Below, one piece after another: positions 10,224-19,975 of a stretch of DNA of 64,000 bases. Below the pieces are notes generated by a model that made no database searches, was not told where the DNA came from, and was given only the letters and a program-made list of their open reading frames with translations. The translations under genes and the position numbers were made by a program. Location: UHGV virus genome UHGV-0218015, one strand, 5' to 3'. This stretch comes from a virus. The stretch's first letter is position 1, and every line of letters starts with the position of its first letter.

Positions 10224-10867
10224 TGTTGATACCCGAGCCGAGACTTCCAGATAAGATGGTAAGAATCGCGGCAATAGACCCCGGTACGAGCCATCTTGGT
10301 ATGGCAGTATTGGATTGGGAATACGGCAGCGATCAAGCCGAAGTGGTTTGGGCTGATACCATGCATGTATTAGACCCAACGCATCCAAATGCGTTCGCAG
10401 AGTGTGTCGGTAAACGTGACGATCGTTTAGTTAAGCTCGAAGCTTGTTACCGTGAATTTCTTCGGATTGCCTGCCCAACTTTCGTTGCAACTGAGACACC
10501 GTTCATGCGGAGAGCAAAACTCTCCGCTTATGAATCTGGCGTCGAACTACAATTAATGTTGCGACGTACTTTGTGGGATATTTACCCGGAGAAAATTTTA
10601 CACGGCTTCAATCCTATCATTGTAAAATCATTCGTTGGGGTGGAGGCGAAGGGGACGGATAAAACCGATATGTTTCGGGCCGTGACCAAGCTCTACCATG
10701 ATCATGCTTTGTTTGATATTACAACGTTAGATGAGCACAGCATTGATGCTGTGGCGGTGGGAAATATTTTCGTCAGGGTAAATCTGTTAAACTTAAACAG
10801 CTTGCTACCGCCTAAACAAAAGTCGACTAAGACCTCCAGGCGGAGAAGGCGTCGGAGAAAACGTTAA
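10223..10867 (+). CDS. putative RuvC-like Holliday junction resolvase (RNase H fold) with poly-Arg C-terminus
   Basis: RIAAIDPGTSHLGMAV matches the RuvC N-terminal catalytic Asp motif (IDPG); internal ATE and C-terminal DEHSIDAVAVG motifs; tail SRRRRRRRKR. Confidence 0.5.
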   Translation: MLIPEPRLPDKMVRIAAIDPGTSHLGMAVLDWEYGSDQAEVVWADTMHVLDPTHPNAFAECVGKRDDRLVKLEACYREFLRIACPTFVATETPFMRRAKLSAYESGVELQLMLRRTLWDIYPEKILHGFNPIIVKSFVGVEAKGTDKTDMFRAVTKLYHDHALFDITTLDEHSIDAVAVGNIFVRVNLLNLNSLLPPKQKSTKTSRRRRRRRKR

Positions 10868-11445
10868 TGGAACCAAGCACACAAGCACTACCCACTGAAA
10901 TACTTGACTTGCTGATTCAAGCTGGAAACAAAAAGTTAAGTAAAGAACAATCTGAACAGTTAACGAAACTCTTGAAAGCGGCGTATGGGGATGAAGTCGA
11001 TGTTGACGTTACCCGTTCGGGAACAAAGATTCTTTCCGACTTACGACCGACGTTAATTGATAATTTAGGCAAACTATCAGAACAATTCCATCAGCAGGCA
11101 ACTGATGCTGTGGAATCTCTCGGGGATGAGGTTAGTAAAGAAACCATGCTAACCTTATGGCCGAAATTAGCCGCTTCCCAGAAGTTCATTATTGCCATTC
11201 TGACGTTGGCGACGGTTATTGTAACGGGGTTCCTGGGTTACGACACACATCAGCATTTTCCAGAAGACAGTCTAGATGTTCTGATTGTGACGTTGGTACC
11301 GTTCTTTGCATTGGTTGTTTTTGCGACTTGGCCGATTAAAACGTTGGCTTATAAGTCTCTTGAGATAGCCACAAAAGTTGTTGAGAAGAAGCTTGAGAAA
11401 TCAGGCCAGCTTAAGTCGAAGACAGAAAGCCCAACAACGAAATAA
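10867..11445 (+). CDS. putative membrane protein (192 aa)
   Basis: Two hydrophobic segments (FIIAILTLATVIVTGFLGY, LIVTLVPFFALVVFATW). Confidence 0.5.
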   Translation: MEPSTQALPTEILDLLIQAGNKKLSKEQSEQLTKLLKAAYGDEVDVDVTRSGTKILSDLRPTLIDNLGKLSEQFHQQATDAVESLGDEVSKETMLTLWPKLAASQKFIIAILTLATVIVTGFLGYDTHQHFPEDSLDVLIVTLVPFFALVVFATWPIKTLAYKSLEIATKVVEKKLEKSGQLKSKTESPTTK

Positions 11446-11450
11446 TATTA

Positions 11451-11489
11451 ACCTCTACCTTCGGGTAGAGGTTACTTCTTTTTATTTTT
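11451..11489 (+). terminator. rho-independent terminator
   Basis: Stem ACCTCTACC / TTCG / GGTAGAGGT followed by TACTTCTTTTTATTTTT. Confidence 0.75.
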
Positions 11490-11526
11490 ACAATTTTTAA
11501 ACATAGTGTGAGACTTAAAAGAAGGA

Positions 11527-12189
11527 GTGTTAATTGTGGAACCGTTACGCTTAATGACCAGAACGTTGCTGATACCTATTCAGGAGCTGAAGGTTGGACC
11601 GTTGGTCGCCTCTAATGGGGAAATTGTTGATTTCGTTAAAGACGAAAAAATTGTTACGACCGCTTTTCAAGAGACGGTCCATCGCTATTATCGTGCAGTG
11701 CCTTTATCCGGCAGTTTAGATTGTCCGGGTGTGGAGGGGAGTACGTCTGCGTTAATAGCGGAGCACTTAGAAAAGAAAGGGTTTGGGGTTGGGAAGGGAC
11801 AGGTTTTTGTAGACGCTGTCGAATTGAACGAGTATCAGAACGACCTAAGACTTCAGATAAGGAGATTACTCACCCGCTATGGTATTTTCTCGATTAATTG
11901 TAAGTTTGACGACGTTCGGATGTTAGACCACGGTTTTACTACCGCCCTTAAAATCTGTCGCGGTAAAAGATTCATTCAGTTTGTTTGGTGGGTGCCGACC
12001 CTACGTGGTGAGAGAAAAACGGTGGAAGGGTTGTACGGTTGGGCTTTATGGAGCGAAGTTCCAGTAACGAAACTCGATGCAATTATTCCACAACATCGAA
12101 ACGTCCCACTTAGCAGTTTATTTACTTCTGGTGGGAACACCACGTGGGATGAATTTGTTAAAAATGTTTTATCGATAGGGGAACAATAA
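11527..12189 (+). CDS. hypothetical protein (about 217-220 aa; likely GTG start at 11536 after AAGGAG)
   Basis: ORF after terminator; AAGGAG at 11517-11522. Confidence 0.45.
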   Translation: MLIVEPLRLMTRTLLIPIQELKVGPLVASNGEIVDFVKDEKIVTTAFQETVHRYYRAVPLSGSLDCPGVEGSTSALIAEHLEKKGFGVGKGQVFVDAVELNEYQNDLRLQIRRLLTRYGIFSINCKFDDVRMLDHGFTTALKICRGKRFIQFVWWVPTLRGERKTVEGLYGWALWSEVPVTKLDAIIPQHRNVPLSSLFTSGGNTTWDEFVKNVLSIGEQ

Positions 12190-12665
12190 TGCAACCGTTA
12201 AATATTACCGAAGACAAAATCTCTGCTAAATTTCCTGAATTGTGCGAATATGTGAAAGACTTAAATTCGATTCGTGAAACGCCGGTTAGAATCACTTTGG
12301 CCGTTGAAGACGATATTACACATGGGGTTGCAATCTGGGAACCGGGGAATCTTATTTATCTGGTGGTGGCCGAGGGTTCTCGTCGCAGTGGTGTAGGTTC
12401 CTTTTTACTGAAATATGTTCAACTCAATTCAGATCGTCAAATGGTGATGTGTCGTGTTCATCCCTCAAACATCGACGGTCTATGTTTCTTTTCCAAAAAA
12501 GGCTTCCAAATAGACCGATGGTTTATTGCCAGTGACTCCCGTCGGTATTTTCGTATGACGAACAGTAACATTGATTCGTCATACACCCCGCCAGAAGAAG
12601 GATATTTGGTGGATTTTATTGAAAACACCCCCATCTTTCTCTCTGTTGCGGATAAGATTTATTAG
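12189..12665 (+). CDS. hypothetical protein, possible GNAT-like acetyltransferase (158 aa)
   Basis: Segment VVAEGSRRSGVGSFLL resembles the GNAT motif A acetyl-CoA loop (R-x-x-G-x-G); weak. Confidence 0.35.
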   Translation: MQPLNITEDKISAKFPELCEYVKDLNSIRETPVRITLAVEDDITHGVAIWEPGNLIYLVVAEGSRRSGVGSFLLKYVQLNSDRQMVMCRVHPSNIDGLCFFSKKGFQIDRWFIASDSRRYFRMTNSNIDSSYTPPEEGYLVDFIENTPIFLSVADKIY

Positions 12666-12684
12666 AAATGGTTGAGAGCCCAAA

Positions 12685-13161
12685 ATGATTCGTGTCGAAT
12701 ATGAGACGCGGTGCTTGGAAGGCAATAAAGCAAAAGTGTTACGTTGCGTTGAAGTTATCCCCGCTCACGAGATTGACTTGCGTACAGGTCGTGTTCGGGG
12801 TGTTCCTGTAACGATAATAGAACATAATCCTTGTTCGCAATTTAAAGAGAAGGCAACTCCAGTAGTACGTTCTCGGCGACGAGAGGACTTTTCTGATCTC
12901 CGCAAATCTTTTACACGGCACTACCGACGTAGTAAATGGAAAGCGCTGGTATTAATTTTAGTGGATGATTTTATTAAAGACTTGGTTTGGGAGGAGGTGC
13001 TAAAAGAGCGCGGTTTTACACCCAAGCCATTCTCGTATCACTGGGAACGTTTCAAAAAGAAATATCGCGAAGCGTTATGGTTTTCGCCGAACACGCGGAA
13101 CATGATTCCGCGCTTAGAGTCGAAACCATGGCTACGCGAACATCTTGATGAGGTATACTGA
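12685..13161 (+). CDS. hypothetical protein (158 aa)
   Basis: ORF in compact array. Confidence 0.45.
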   Translation: MIRVEYETRCLEGNKAKVLRCVEVIPAHEIDLRTGRVRGVPVTIIEHNPCSQFKEKATPVVRSRRREDFSDLRKSFTRHYRRSKWKALVLILVDDFIKDLVWEEVLKERGFTPKPFSYHWERFKKKYREALWFSPNTRNMIPRLESKPWLREHLDEVY

Positions 13162-13553
13162 TGAAAAGATCTGTTATTACCCTTTTTCTAACGTTACTTT
13201 CATTTTCCGCGATAGCGGAATTTAAACCGCACGATATTAGTCGTTTTGAACCTACGGTGCCAGGGGATAAACCTGTCGTATTTAAATCTACCGACCAACC
13301 AGTCGTTGCGGTTCAAAACGATGAGTTTGCCACGGTAAATTATGGCAAAACCGAACTGTGCCCAGCGGGTGGCTACTATTTGGTAAATATCAAACGACGT
13401 ACATATCAGTTTGTTGATCCTGGAAGCTGTTCTGCCGGTGTAAAGGTAATGTTAGAAACTGTACCCTATGTAAATAAAAGTATTAAAATACAACGTTTAA
13501 CTTTTTATGTCGGTGATGAGATCACCGCACGCTACCCGTTATACGGGTATTAG
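13161..13553 (+). CDS. putative secreted protein with N-terminal signal peptide (130 aa)
   Basis: MKRSVITLFLTLLSFSAIAEF: basic N-region, hydrophobic core, AIA-E cleavage-like site. Confidence 0.5.
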   Translation: MKRSVITLFLTLLSFSAIAEFKPHDISRFEPTVPGDKPVVFKSTDQPVVAVQNDEFATVNYGKTELCPAGGYYLVNIKRRTYQFVDPGSCSAGVKVMLETVPYVNKSIKIQRLTFYVGDEITARYPLYGY

Positions 13554-13576
13554 TGATTAACCCCCGCGGAGTTTGT

Positions 13577-14215
13577 ATGTCTTTTGTAATTGATTTTGAA
13601 GTTGGTCATAGACAGAACTTACTCAACCTCGTCAGCTACTGTAATAACGGCAGTGTACGTAAAAAGCTTTCGGCTGAGAAAGTGGATGTTTCTTTAATGG
13701 GTGCACCCACACCGGAAGGTCGGTATCGGGTAAAGTTAACTAACCGCAACGATATTAACGACGCGGTGATGGTATCTTACACAAAACTTCAACTAAACGA
13801 CTTTCTTGAGATTCCCGGTAAGTATCTGGATTGGTTCGATTTCGAAAACGGCCAACCGAAAAATTACGATAAATGGGCAAAGTCCGCGAAAGCGTCAGTA
13901 GAGAAGATGTGTCAAGATCGTGGTATGATTTTGTCACGTGCATGGGACACTGGCTCGCAGTGCCATGTTGAGTATGATGACGATCTTGAGCGCTATGCGG
14001 TAGTTTACGAATGTGATTCGTTTATTTATAGCGCACGAAATCGTTTTATTCTACCGCTTCATATTGGGCAAATTATTACGAATAAAACCCTTGACGGACT
14101 TAACTACAACAACGAACTGGATAAGCGCCCTTTAGCTGACTTAGATGGTGAGTTGGATGTCTGGATGGGTAAAGCGTTACTCGAAACTGCCGTTTTAAGT
14201 AGTTTAGAAGAGTGA
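13577..14215 (+). CDS. hypothetical protein (about 212 aa; ATG 13577 preferred over track start 13553)
   Basis: GCGGAG RBS 6 nt upstream of ATG at 13577; ORF ends before terminator. Confidence 0.45.
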   Translation: MSFVIDFEVGHRQNLLNLVSYCNNGSVRKKLSAEKVDVSLMGAPTPEGRYRVKLTNRNDINDAVMVSYTKLQLNDFLEIPGKYLDWFDFENGQPKNYDKWAKSAKASVEKMCQDRGMILSRAWDTGSQCHVEYDDDLERYAVVYECDSFIYSARNRFILPLHIGQIITNKTLDGLNYNNELDKRPLADLDGELDVWMGKALLETAVLSSLEE

Positions 14216-14228
14216 TATCGTCAACGAT

Positions 14229-14272
14229 AGGAGAGAACCTTTTCGGGGTTCTCTCCTGCTTTCTTTTTTTTT
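14229..14272 (+). terminator. rho-independent terminator
   Basis: Stem AGGAGAGAACC / loop / GGTTCTCTCCT followed by GCTTTCTTTTTTTTT. Confidence 0.75.
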
Positions 14273-14302
14273 CACTTCACAACTTCAGTATGGAGGTGAC
14301 AA

Positions 14303-14851
14303 ATGTATAAAATCGCTATTATTGGTTCTCGAGAAACGCCCGAAGACACGATGCAAGAAATGTTGGACGTGTTGCAACGCGGGTTCAAAATTCTTCGTAA
14401 TAAACAGCACAAAATCGAAACCCGTTCGGGTGGTTGTTATAAAGGGCCAGACCAATTACAGTTTATGTTAGCGCGTACTGAACCAGGTCCACATATTTGC
14501 TATTTGCCCGACGATCGTAAGTTGTGGTTACGTAAGTTACATCCGAATGTTGACTTTCGCGTTATCCCTCAAGACATTCGTTATCGTGGGATTGTGGCAT
14601 CGCTTCACCCTAATCCCGATAAGCTATCGGATATAGCTTGGGCTTTGCATGGACGAAACTTAAATATTGTATCCGGTGACGCTTTAGACAACCCCGTAGA
14701 TGCGGTCTATTATTACGCTGAACACGATAAAAAGGGAAATCCAAAAGGTGGTACAGCAATGGGTGTCCGCTATGCGCAGTCACTGAACATCCCTTGCTAT
14801 TATCATGTTACGGATGCATCTAAGTGGTTAGAAGACCTACGCTTATTATGA
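14303..14851 (+). CDS. hypothetical protein (182 aa), possible Rossmann-like SLOG/DprA-type domain
   Basis: N-terminal KIAIIGSRETP resembles the GSR nucleotide-binding loop of DprA/SLOG folds; weak. Confidence 0.35.
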   Translation: MYKIAIIGSRETPEDTMQEMLDVLQRGFKILRNKQHKIETRSGGCYKGPDQLQFMLARTEPGPHICYLPDDRKLWLRKLHPNVDFRVIPQDIRYRGIVASLHPNPDKLSDIAWALHGRNLNIVSGDALDNPVDAVYYYAEHDKKGNPKGGTAMGVRYAQSLNIPCYYHVTDASKWLEDLRLL

Positions 14852-14901
14852 AGTTAGTCAGGGCGGGCTTCTCCCCGCTTTAGCTTAAAATGGGGTAAAG
14901 G

Positions 14902-16035
14902 ATGTCAACATTAGATTCCGATTTAGAAGTCCTTTGCGATGACTACGATCGATTGGTCGCGTTAGAGTCGCTTAATGTTAAAGACAATTATCCGGCGATT
15001 GTCGCTATCCGAAAACGGTGGGTTTTAGACGATGTGCAGGTTGCGCTAGAGTCTGCAGCGATGATGGAACGCGCGCAATTTGTTGCGGACACTGAGCCTT
15101 ACGCAGGAGTAGGTAAAGCGGTCGCACGCGCGACCGGCAGAGCGGTTAAAGGGGCTAGTCGTGTTGCTGGAAAGGCAGCGGTAGCGGGGGCTAAGGCAAC
15201 TGGAAACTTCGCAGGTAAGCATTCTAAGCAACTTGCGTTACGTTTTGTCGACTTCGCGGAAGCCGCCGGTAAAGAAGTCATAAAGGAATTAAAAGAAGCG
15301 ACGTCTAAAGCGACGACTTTAGAACGCAAACTGCAAAAGTTAACCGCAAAGCTAAGTTTACTCGGCATCAAGGACACGTTAAAGCCTGTCGACTGCGACA
15401 CGGGAAGTTGGACAACCAAAGTTTGTTTAGAAGACAAGCCTAACGTAAAAGCATGTATTGAATTCAGTAAGAACCTGAGCGCAATGGATGCGATGGTCAA
15501 CGAGTATACCGTTAAAACACGCACTATTATCGGTAAGAGCAAGAAAGTTACCGAGAGCGGTTTGGAGAAAGTGGGTCGGTCGACGAACTGGGCGATTAAA
15601 CGAAGCGCAGGACTGTTCGGTATTATTGATCCGTTTAAAACGGTGAAAGCGTATCCGTGGCCTGGTAACGTGGTGGTCGTTGAACACGACAACGGTAAGA
15701 TTGAGTGGGCGATTGCCCGCGATGGTGATTTTGGCCACACAATCAAATCTCTGAACTTGCACGAAATCGGTTCAGCTCTAGACGCTGTTAGAAACATTAT
15801 CCGAGCGTTACGTCAGCGTGGTACGAAACGACGTAGTGTTGGTTATACCGGTATTTACGATGAAGTTCAGCGAATGAAAAAAGAGCTGAAATCGTTAGAT
15901 GGCCGTGAGTTACGCGATGCTACTGTCCGGTATAAAAACGCGCTGCGTTTAGAAGATGCCTTTACTACTTCGTTGGTGCGTGTTGCGGAGGGCTTACTGG
16001 AATGGTGCAGGTTGTCGCTGATTGAGGTTAAATAA
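14902..16035 (+). CDS. hypothetical protein (377 aa) with Ala/Lys/Gly-rich segment
   Basis: Long ORF; GGTAAAGGATG context. Confidence 0.5.
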   Translation: MSTLDSDLEVLCDDYDRLVALESLNVKDNYPAIVAIRKRWVLDDVQVALESAAMMERAQFVADTEPYAGVGKAVARATGRAVKGASRVAGKAAVAGAKATGNFAGKHSKQLALRFVDFAEAAGKEVIKELKEATSKATTLERKLQKLTAKLSLLGIKDTLKPVDCDTGSWTTKVCLEDKPNVKACIEFSKNLSAMDAMVNEYTVKTRTIIGKSKKVTESGLEKVGRSTNWAIKRSAGLFGIIDPFKTVKAYPWPGNVVVVEHDNGKIEWAIARDGDFGHTIKSLNLHEIGSALDAVRNIIRALRQRGTKRRSVGYTGIYDEVQRMKKELKSLDGRELRDATVRYKNALRLEDAFTTSLVRVAEGLLEWCRLSLIEVK

Positions 16036-16502
16036 TGCGTATTACTATTATTCTCAAACCCGACAGTAAATACGGAAAGTTATACGGCGACCAGGTACTC
16101 AAACTGCACAACATGCTGTTCGCAGAAGAGAAAGTGCGTATTAGTCAGTTAACCGGACGTGACACGTTCAACCCCATCGAACGTTTAGAAGAGATTTGGC
16201 CTCAAGATTATCTCTGTGCGTGTGCGGTGGACGACAACGAACAGCTTCTGGGATTTATGACGTTCTCAATGGGTTCTTGCTCAAAGGACACGTTTGTTTA
16301 CATCGGGAATTACTATGTGGTTCCTGAAGCACGCTCTCAAGGGGTAGGCCGTGCGCTTATGGACAAAGTCCGTGAATACGGAAAGTCCAAAGGCTGTGGT
16401 TGGATGAGTCTGGATGTGTTAGACAACAACGTTAAAGCTATCTCCTTGTATGAGAAGATGGGATTCCGTACCGAATGCAGGGAAATGATAAAGGAAATCT
16501 AA
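16035..16502 (+). CDS. GNAT family N-acetyltransferase (155 aa)
   Basis: VVPEARSQGVGRALM (motif A R/Q-x-x-G-x-G/A) and LYEKMGF (motif B) typical of GNAT. Confidence 0.6.
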   Translation: MRITIILKPDSKYGKLYGDQVLKLHNMLFAEEKVRISQLTGRDTFNPIERLEEIWPQDYLCACAVDDNEQLLGFMTFSMGSCSKDTFVYIGNYYVVPEARSQGVGRALMDKVREYGKSKGCGWMSLDVLDNNVKAISLYEKMGFRTECREMIKEI

Positions 16503-16503
16503 A

Positions 16504-17136
16504 ATGGCTGCAAGATTAGTACCGTTTCATGACGGGTCTAGATATACTTTTGGTGTAGAGCGTTACGCTGTGGGTTTTCGTCCTGGTTGGAGAGTGGTAC
16601 GAATCGATAAAGCGTGTTGGTGTTTACCGACCGGCATTTTTGATTACTTTACACCTGAAGCTTTAACGCGGTTTGTTTCTCTGGGTTCACCCACTCAACG
16701 TGCGGCGTGGGAAAAGAATATTCGTTGTCGTTATTTGGGTAAAACACGAAACGCGACAGTCCGTGGCGTTTATCACGTAAGAAGTCGTTGGTTACACGTC
16801 GAGCCGACACACCCACGATGTGCAGTCACACCCTTTAATGGGGAGTATAAAGGTCAGGTATACACAGGATTGCATTTTGCTTTTCCAGACAACCCCGATC
16901 TTAATTACTTTTTAGCCACCCAGAAAAACGTTACGTTGTCTACGTTCTATAAATACCTTTTGTTCTATCCTGCGTATGTCGTTGCAGAATATGAACACAA
17001 AGCATTTCCCCTACCTTACGGTAGAGACAGGAGATTAGCAGGATGTTCTATCGAGAACTTCAGCAATACACCGACGCTCTCCGAAAAGCGACCATCGATG
17101 CAGACAACAACCTCAGAGATGTCGTTAGCGCTATAG
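16504..17136 (+). CDS. hypothetical protein (210 aa); 3' end overlaps next ORF
   Basis: ORF 1 nt after previous stop; the last 94 nt overlap ORF 17043..17414 in another frame. Confidence 0.4.
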   Translation: MAARLVPFHDGSRYTFGVERYAVGFRPGWRVVRIDKACWCLPTGIFDYFTPEALTRFVSLGSPTQRAAWEKNIRCRYLGKTRNATVRGVYHVRSRWLHVEPTHPRCAVTPFNGEYKGQVYTGLHFAFPDNPDLNYFLATQKNVTLSTFYKYLLFYPAYVVAEYEHKAFPLPYGRDRRLAGCSIENFSNTPTLSEKRPSMQTTTSEMSLAL

Positions 17137-17414
17137 AACAGTGTTCGGATGTATTGTATGCGGAAACGATTGAATCGCCAACTCACGACGGTGTGAAATC
17201 GCTCCAGCTACACGTTTGTAGTAAACACGGTAGTCTGTCGTTAAACTTCCGTGTAGGTTTAGATTATTACATGGTTCGTAAGAGCTATTTAAGTTGTGAT
17301 GGCGACCTCTATCCGGTTGTCTGGAACAACGATTATTCTAAGTTTGTTTATCCGCTTGAAGAACACCGACGCACGGTTTACGAATTTGTGAAAGCTGTTC
17401 TTGAGGGGTTCTAA
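17043..17414 (+). CDS. hypothetical protein (123 aa)
   Basis: ATG preceded by GGAGATTAGCAGG; ORF ends 14 nt before next gene. Confidence 0.45.
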   Translation: MFYRELQQYTDALRKATIDADNNLRDVVSAIEQCSDVLYAETIESPTHDGVKSLQLHVCSKHGSLSLNFRVGLDYYMVRKSYLSCDGDLYPVVWNNDYSKFVYPLEEHRRTVYEFVKAVLEGF

Positions 17415-17428
17415 GAGAGGGCCTTGTA

Positions 17429-18034
17429 ATGTCAGAGATGATTCTCGATTCATTACTATTGATTACAGTATCGTATATCAACAAAACAGGCAAGTTGCCT
17501 AAACGTGGCGTTACTATCGAACGTGACGGGTTTAAACACCGCTATCCCTTAACGAAAATTTTGGATTTAGCTGCACGTTTAGCCAAGATGCGTCGACCGA
17601 ATAGCGAAGCGGCTCCGAAATACGTATTGCTGGTTTTACAACGCGCGATTTCTGAGGTGCGACGTAAACGTCGCCGTGCTGCGTTTCGATTTTATCCAAA
17701 CTCGACGCAACAAGTGGTGGGGGAATACAGCAATATGGTCGTTGATCTTCGTGCAGGTCGGAGTAATGTAACTGGGTTGGCGTATAACCGCCTTAAACGC
17801 ATTCTGGACGACAGTGATGCTTTAACCACACCGCAAGAGGGGCAAGCAGCTCTAACGCTTCTACGTGACGCTGAGCTCGTTATTGTGGACACCGCCGTGC
17901 AGGCAGCAAGAATGCAACATTATCTTGCTAAACAAGGGTTAGTCTTGCTGTGCGTAACTTCTGCACAGGCTGCTAACCTCACCTCACCGGAAACGTCAGA
18001 AGTGTGGAGTGGTCCGATTGTTGACCACCAATAA
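17429..18034 (+). CDS. hypothetical protein (201 aa)
   Basis: ORF followed by terminator hairpin 18042-18078. Confidence 0.5.
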   Translation: MSEMILDSLLLITVSYINKTGKLPKRGVTIERDGFKHRYPLTKILDLAARLAKMRRPNSEAAPKYVLLVLQRAISEVRRKRRRAAFRFYPNSTQQVVGEYSNMVVDLRAGRSNVTGLAYNRLKRILDDSDALTTPQEGQAALTLLRDAELVIVDTAVQAARMQHYLAKQGLVLLCVTSAQAANLTSPETSEVWSGPIVDHQ

Positions 18035-18041
18035 AACCTTA

Positions 18042-18078
18042 CCCCTACTTAACGGTAGGGGCGGGTTTCTTTTTTATT
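18042..18078 (+). terminator. rho-independent terminator
   Basis: Stem CCCCTAC / TTAACG / GTAGGGG followed by CGGGTTTCTTTTTTATT. Confidence 0.7.
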
Positions 18079-18083
18079 GTAAA

Positions 18084-18126
18084 TTATTACAACTGTTACC
18101 CTCATTGTGAGAAGTTTCACTTAACG
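18084..18126 (+). promoter_or_regulatory. degenerate copy of the conserved promoter-like motif plus hairpin
   Basis: ATTATTACAACTGTTACCCTCATTGTGAGAAGTTTCACTTAACG shares TTAC...GTGAGA...CACTTAACG with the 42262 copy. Confidence 0.3.
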
Positions 18127-18148
18127 TGCGTAAAAAGGTAAAACTATA

Positions 18149-18772
18149 ATGCTTAAGACAGTGTCTATTGATGGTCCTGACTTTTCTGGGAAATCAACGT
18201 TGTGTAAAATGGTAAAAGCGATGTTGGAATCCGCCGGATTAAAAGTTTGCGTTCGGAACCATCCGACATCTGAAACCGAGGCGGGCATTCGTGCACGCAG
18301 TTTGGTTGTACAGTCTGCTTCGAATACAAAAATTGCTGAAGCGATGTGTGATGATTTCCTTCACACGTTGGACCACGTTGTTGATGAATACGATGTTGTT
18401 ATTTTCGATCGCTTCTGTCCTTCAACGATTGTTTATCAGGGGACAGATGGTAAGGACGTGGTTTTCCAACGTAAGCTAACTCGTCATTTCCACACTCCTG
18501 ACCTTTATGTTTGGACAGATGTTGATTACCCAACAGCGTTAGCGCGATTTAAGAAACGTGTAGAAGAACAAGGTAAGAATTGGGATGATGAGGTACTTAC
18601 AGTTAAGTATCTAAAGGACAACCAATGTTGGGATGGTTTACGTGACCATTATCGATTCGCGCACCACATCCTAACAGAAGGCGGTTGTCTTCACACGTTA
18701 TTACCGGTAACGCAGAATGACGATTACCGTTTGAAAGCCGCAGAGATTGTTACGCACATTTTAGCGAACTAA
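18149..18772 (+). CDS. thymidylate kinase-like dNMP kinase (P-loop)
   Basis: Walker A SIDGPDFSGKST; DRFCPSTIVYQG and PDLYVWTDVD...ARFKKR parallel Tmk DRH..S..AYQG and lid regions (recalled alignment, not computed). Confidence 0.6.
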   Translation: MLKTVSIDGPDFSGKSTLCKMVKAMLESAGLKVCVRNHPTSETEAGIRARSLVVQSASNTKIAEAMCDDFLHTLDHVVDEYDVVIFDRFCPSTIVYQGTDGKDVVFQRKLTRHFHTPDLYVWTDVDYPTALARFKKRVEEQGKNWDDEVLTVKYLKDNQCWDGLRDHYRFAHHILTEGGCLHTLLPVTQNDDYRLKAAEIVTHILAN

Positions 18773-18779
18773 CCGCTTA

Positions 18780-18816
18780 GGTACCACCCAACGGTGGTAC
18801 CTATATTTTATTTTTT
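18780..18816 (+). terminator. rho-independent terminator
   Basis: Stem GGTACCACC / CAAC / GGTGGTACC followed by TATATTTTATTTTTT. Confidence 0.8.
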
Positions 18817-18860
18817 CTCAGATATATATTACTTAGGTGAGAGTTACAATTAACTCTTTA
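18815..18860 (+). promoter_or_regulatory. conserved phage promoter-like motif with downstream hairpin (copy 1)
   Basis: TTTTCTCAGATATATATTACTTAGGTGAGAG followed by hairpin GAGAGTTA-CAAT-TAACTCTT; near-identical motif at 37886 and 42258. Confidence 0.55.
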
Positions 18861-18891
18861 CACCGACTTGTTAACCTAAAGGAGTATTACC

Positions 18892-19251
18892 GTGGCTTAC
18901 AATCACAATTCCATCGTTCTGGCAAAACGTAAATTTGGCCTTCATTTGTCTTACGTAGTTTGTCATTTGACCACGAAAGACATTACCCAGCGTGAGCTTG
19001 CCCAGCTTGCGAAAGTTTCACAACCCGTTATCTCATCTATTAAGAACGAACGCGTAGAACGTTTAAGCTTGCCGATTATGATGAAAGTTGCTGATGCGAT
19101 TCGTCTGAAATATCAGATTAGTTTTAATTCCGTTAAGGGTCGTTGCTCAGTAACCGTTCACGTAGAGTCCGCATTGGACTACGTTGCAAACACGTCCATT
19201 AAACGTACCAAGAAGAATGTGCGTTTTATCACTAACACTGTAACACACTAA
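18892..19251 (+). CDS. helix-turn-helix (XRE/Cro-like) transcriptional regulator (119 aa), GTG start
   Basis: ITQRELAQLAKVSQPVISSIKN matches the HTH_XRE pattern; GGAGTATTACC-GTG RBS context. Confidence 0.5.
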   Translation: MAYNHNSIVLAKRKFGLHLSYVVCHLTTKDITQRELAQLAKVSQPVISSIKNERVERLSLPIMMKVADAIRLKYQISFNSVKGRCSVTVHVESALDYVANTSIKRTKKNVRFITNTVTH

Positions 19252-19272
19252 TCAACCTGAAGGAGTAATATC

Positions 19273-19929
19273 ATGGCACCGAAAACTAAAGAAACTGTAA
19301 AGAACGAGACTAAAGCCAACGAAGTTCAACCGGCTGCGAAGGTTGAACTTTTACCCTGCGTTAATGAAATAATTGGGGTGAAATTCTTAACTTTTAATCC
19401 GTATACTGACCTGGTTTTCGATTTTTATCAAGACCAGCCTTTCAACTTATTCACACTTGTCTGCACTTATAATGGCGACATTTTGGCGGTTGCGCCTGGC
19501 CTTAATAGAGACAAGTTACTTACAGGTACGGTTATTACTGAAATTCTCCTGCGGTTAATGCATAAGTTTGAAGGGCCTGAACTTGACAAAATCGGTGTTA
19601 AGTTAGCTGACCTACTAGTCAATGCTGCCGACTGGTTGAGTTTTAACCCTTCTATCTATTTCCATTTCAATACAAATATTCTTCACGCCGTAACAGACGA
19701 TGGTAAAAAGTATCGCATCTTAATTAAGGGTGGGGTGCAACAACCTTTGTTCTCTAGACAAAACTGCCATATTAAGTTTTCGCCTGACTTGGTAGAAGTT
19801 TACGGCCAGCGAGTAGCGACTGGCCACTACGAGGTCCATCTCAGATTTTTCAATTACCTGTATGAAAAATTAGGGAAAGCTGGCATGACACCCAATCTTG
19901 CTTTCACAAGCTCTGCCCCTTTTGCGTGA
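19273..19929 (+). CDS. hypothetical protein (218 aa)
   Basis: GAAGGAGTAATATC-ATG RBS; ORF followed by terminator. Confidence 0.5.
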   Translation: MAPKTKETVKNETKANEVQPAAKVELLPCVNEIIGVKFLTFNPYTDLVFDFYQDQPFNLFTLVCTYNGDILAVAPGLNRDKLLTGTVITEILLRLMHKFEGPELDKIGVKLADLLVNAADWLSFNPSIYFHFNTNILHAVTDDGKKYRILIKGGVQQPLFSRQNCHIKFSPDLVEVYGQRVATGHYEVHLRFFNYLYEKLGKAGMTPNLAFTSSAPFA

Positions 19930-19941
19930 TGTTTAATAATT

Positions 19942-19975
19942 GGGGAACTTCGGTTCCCCTTTCTTTTTTGTTTTT
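19942..19975 (+). terminator. rho-independent terminator
   Basis: Stem GGGGAAC / TTCG / GTTCCCC followed by TTTCTTTTTTGTTTTT. Confidence 0.8.

Noticed and set aside
15099-15797. - strand 232-aa ORF overlapping gene 14902..16035
   Set aside because: Antisense to a + strand gene in a uniformly + strand region; Ala/Pro-rich low-complexity product of GC-rich codons
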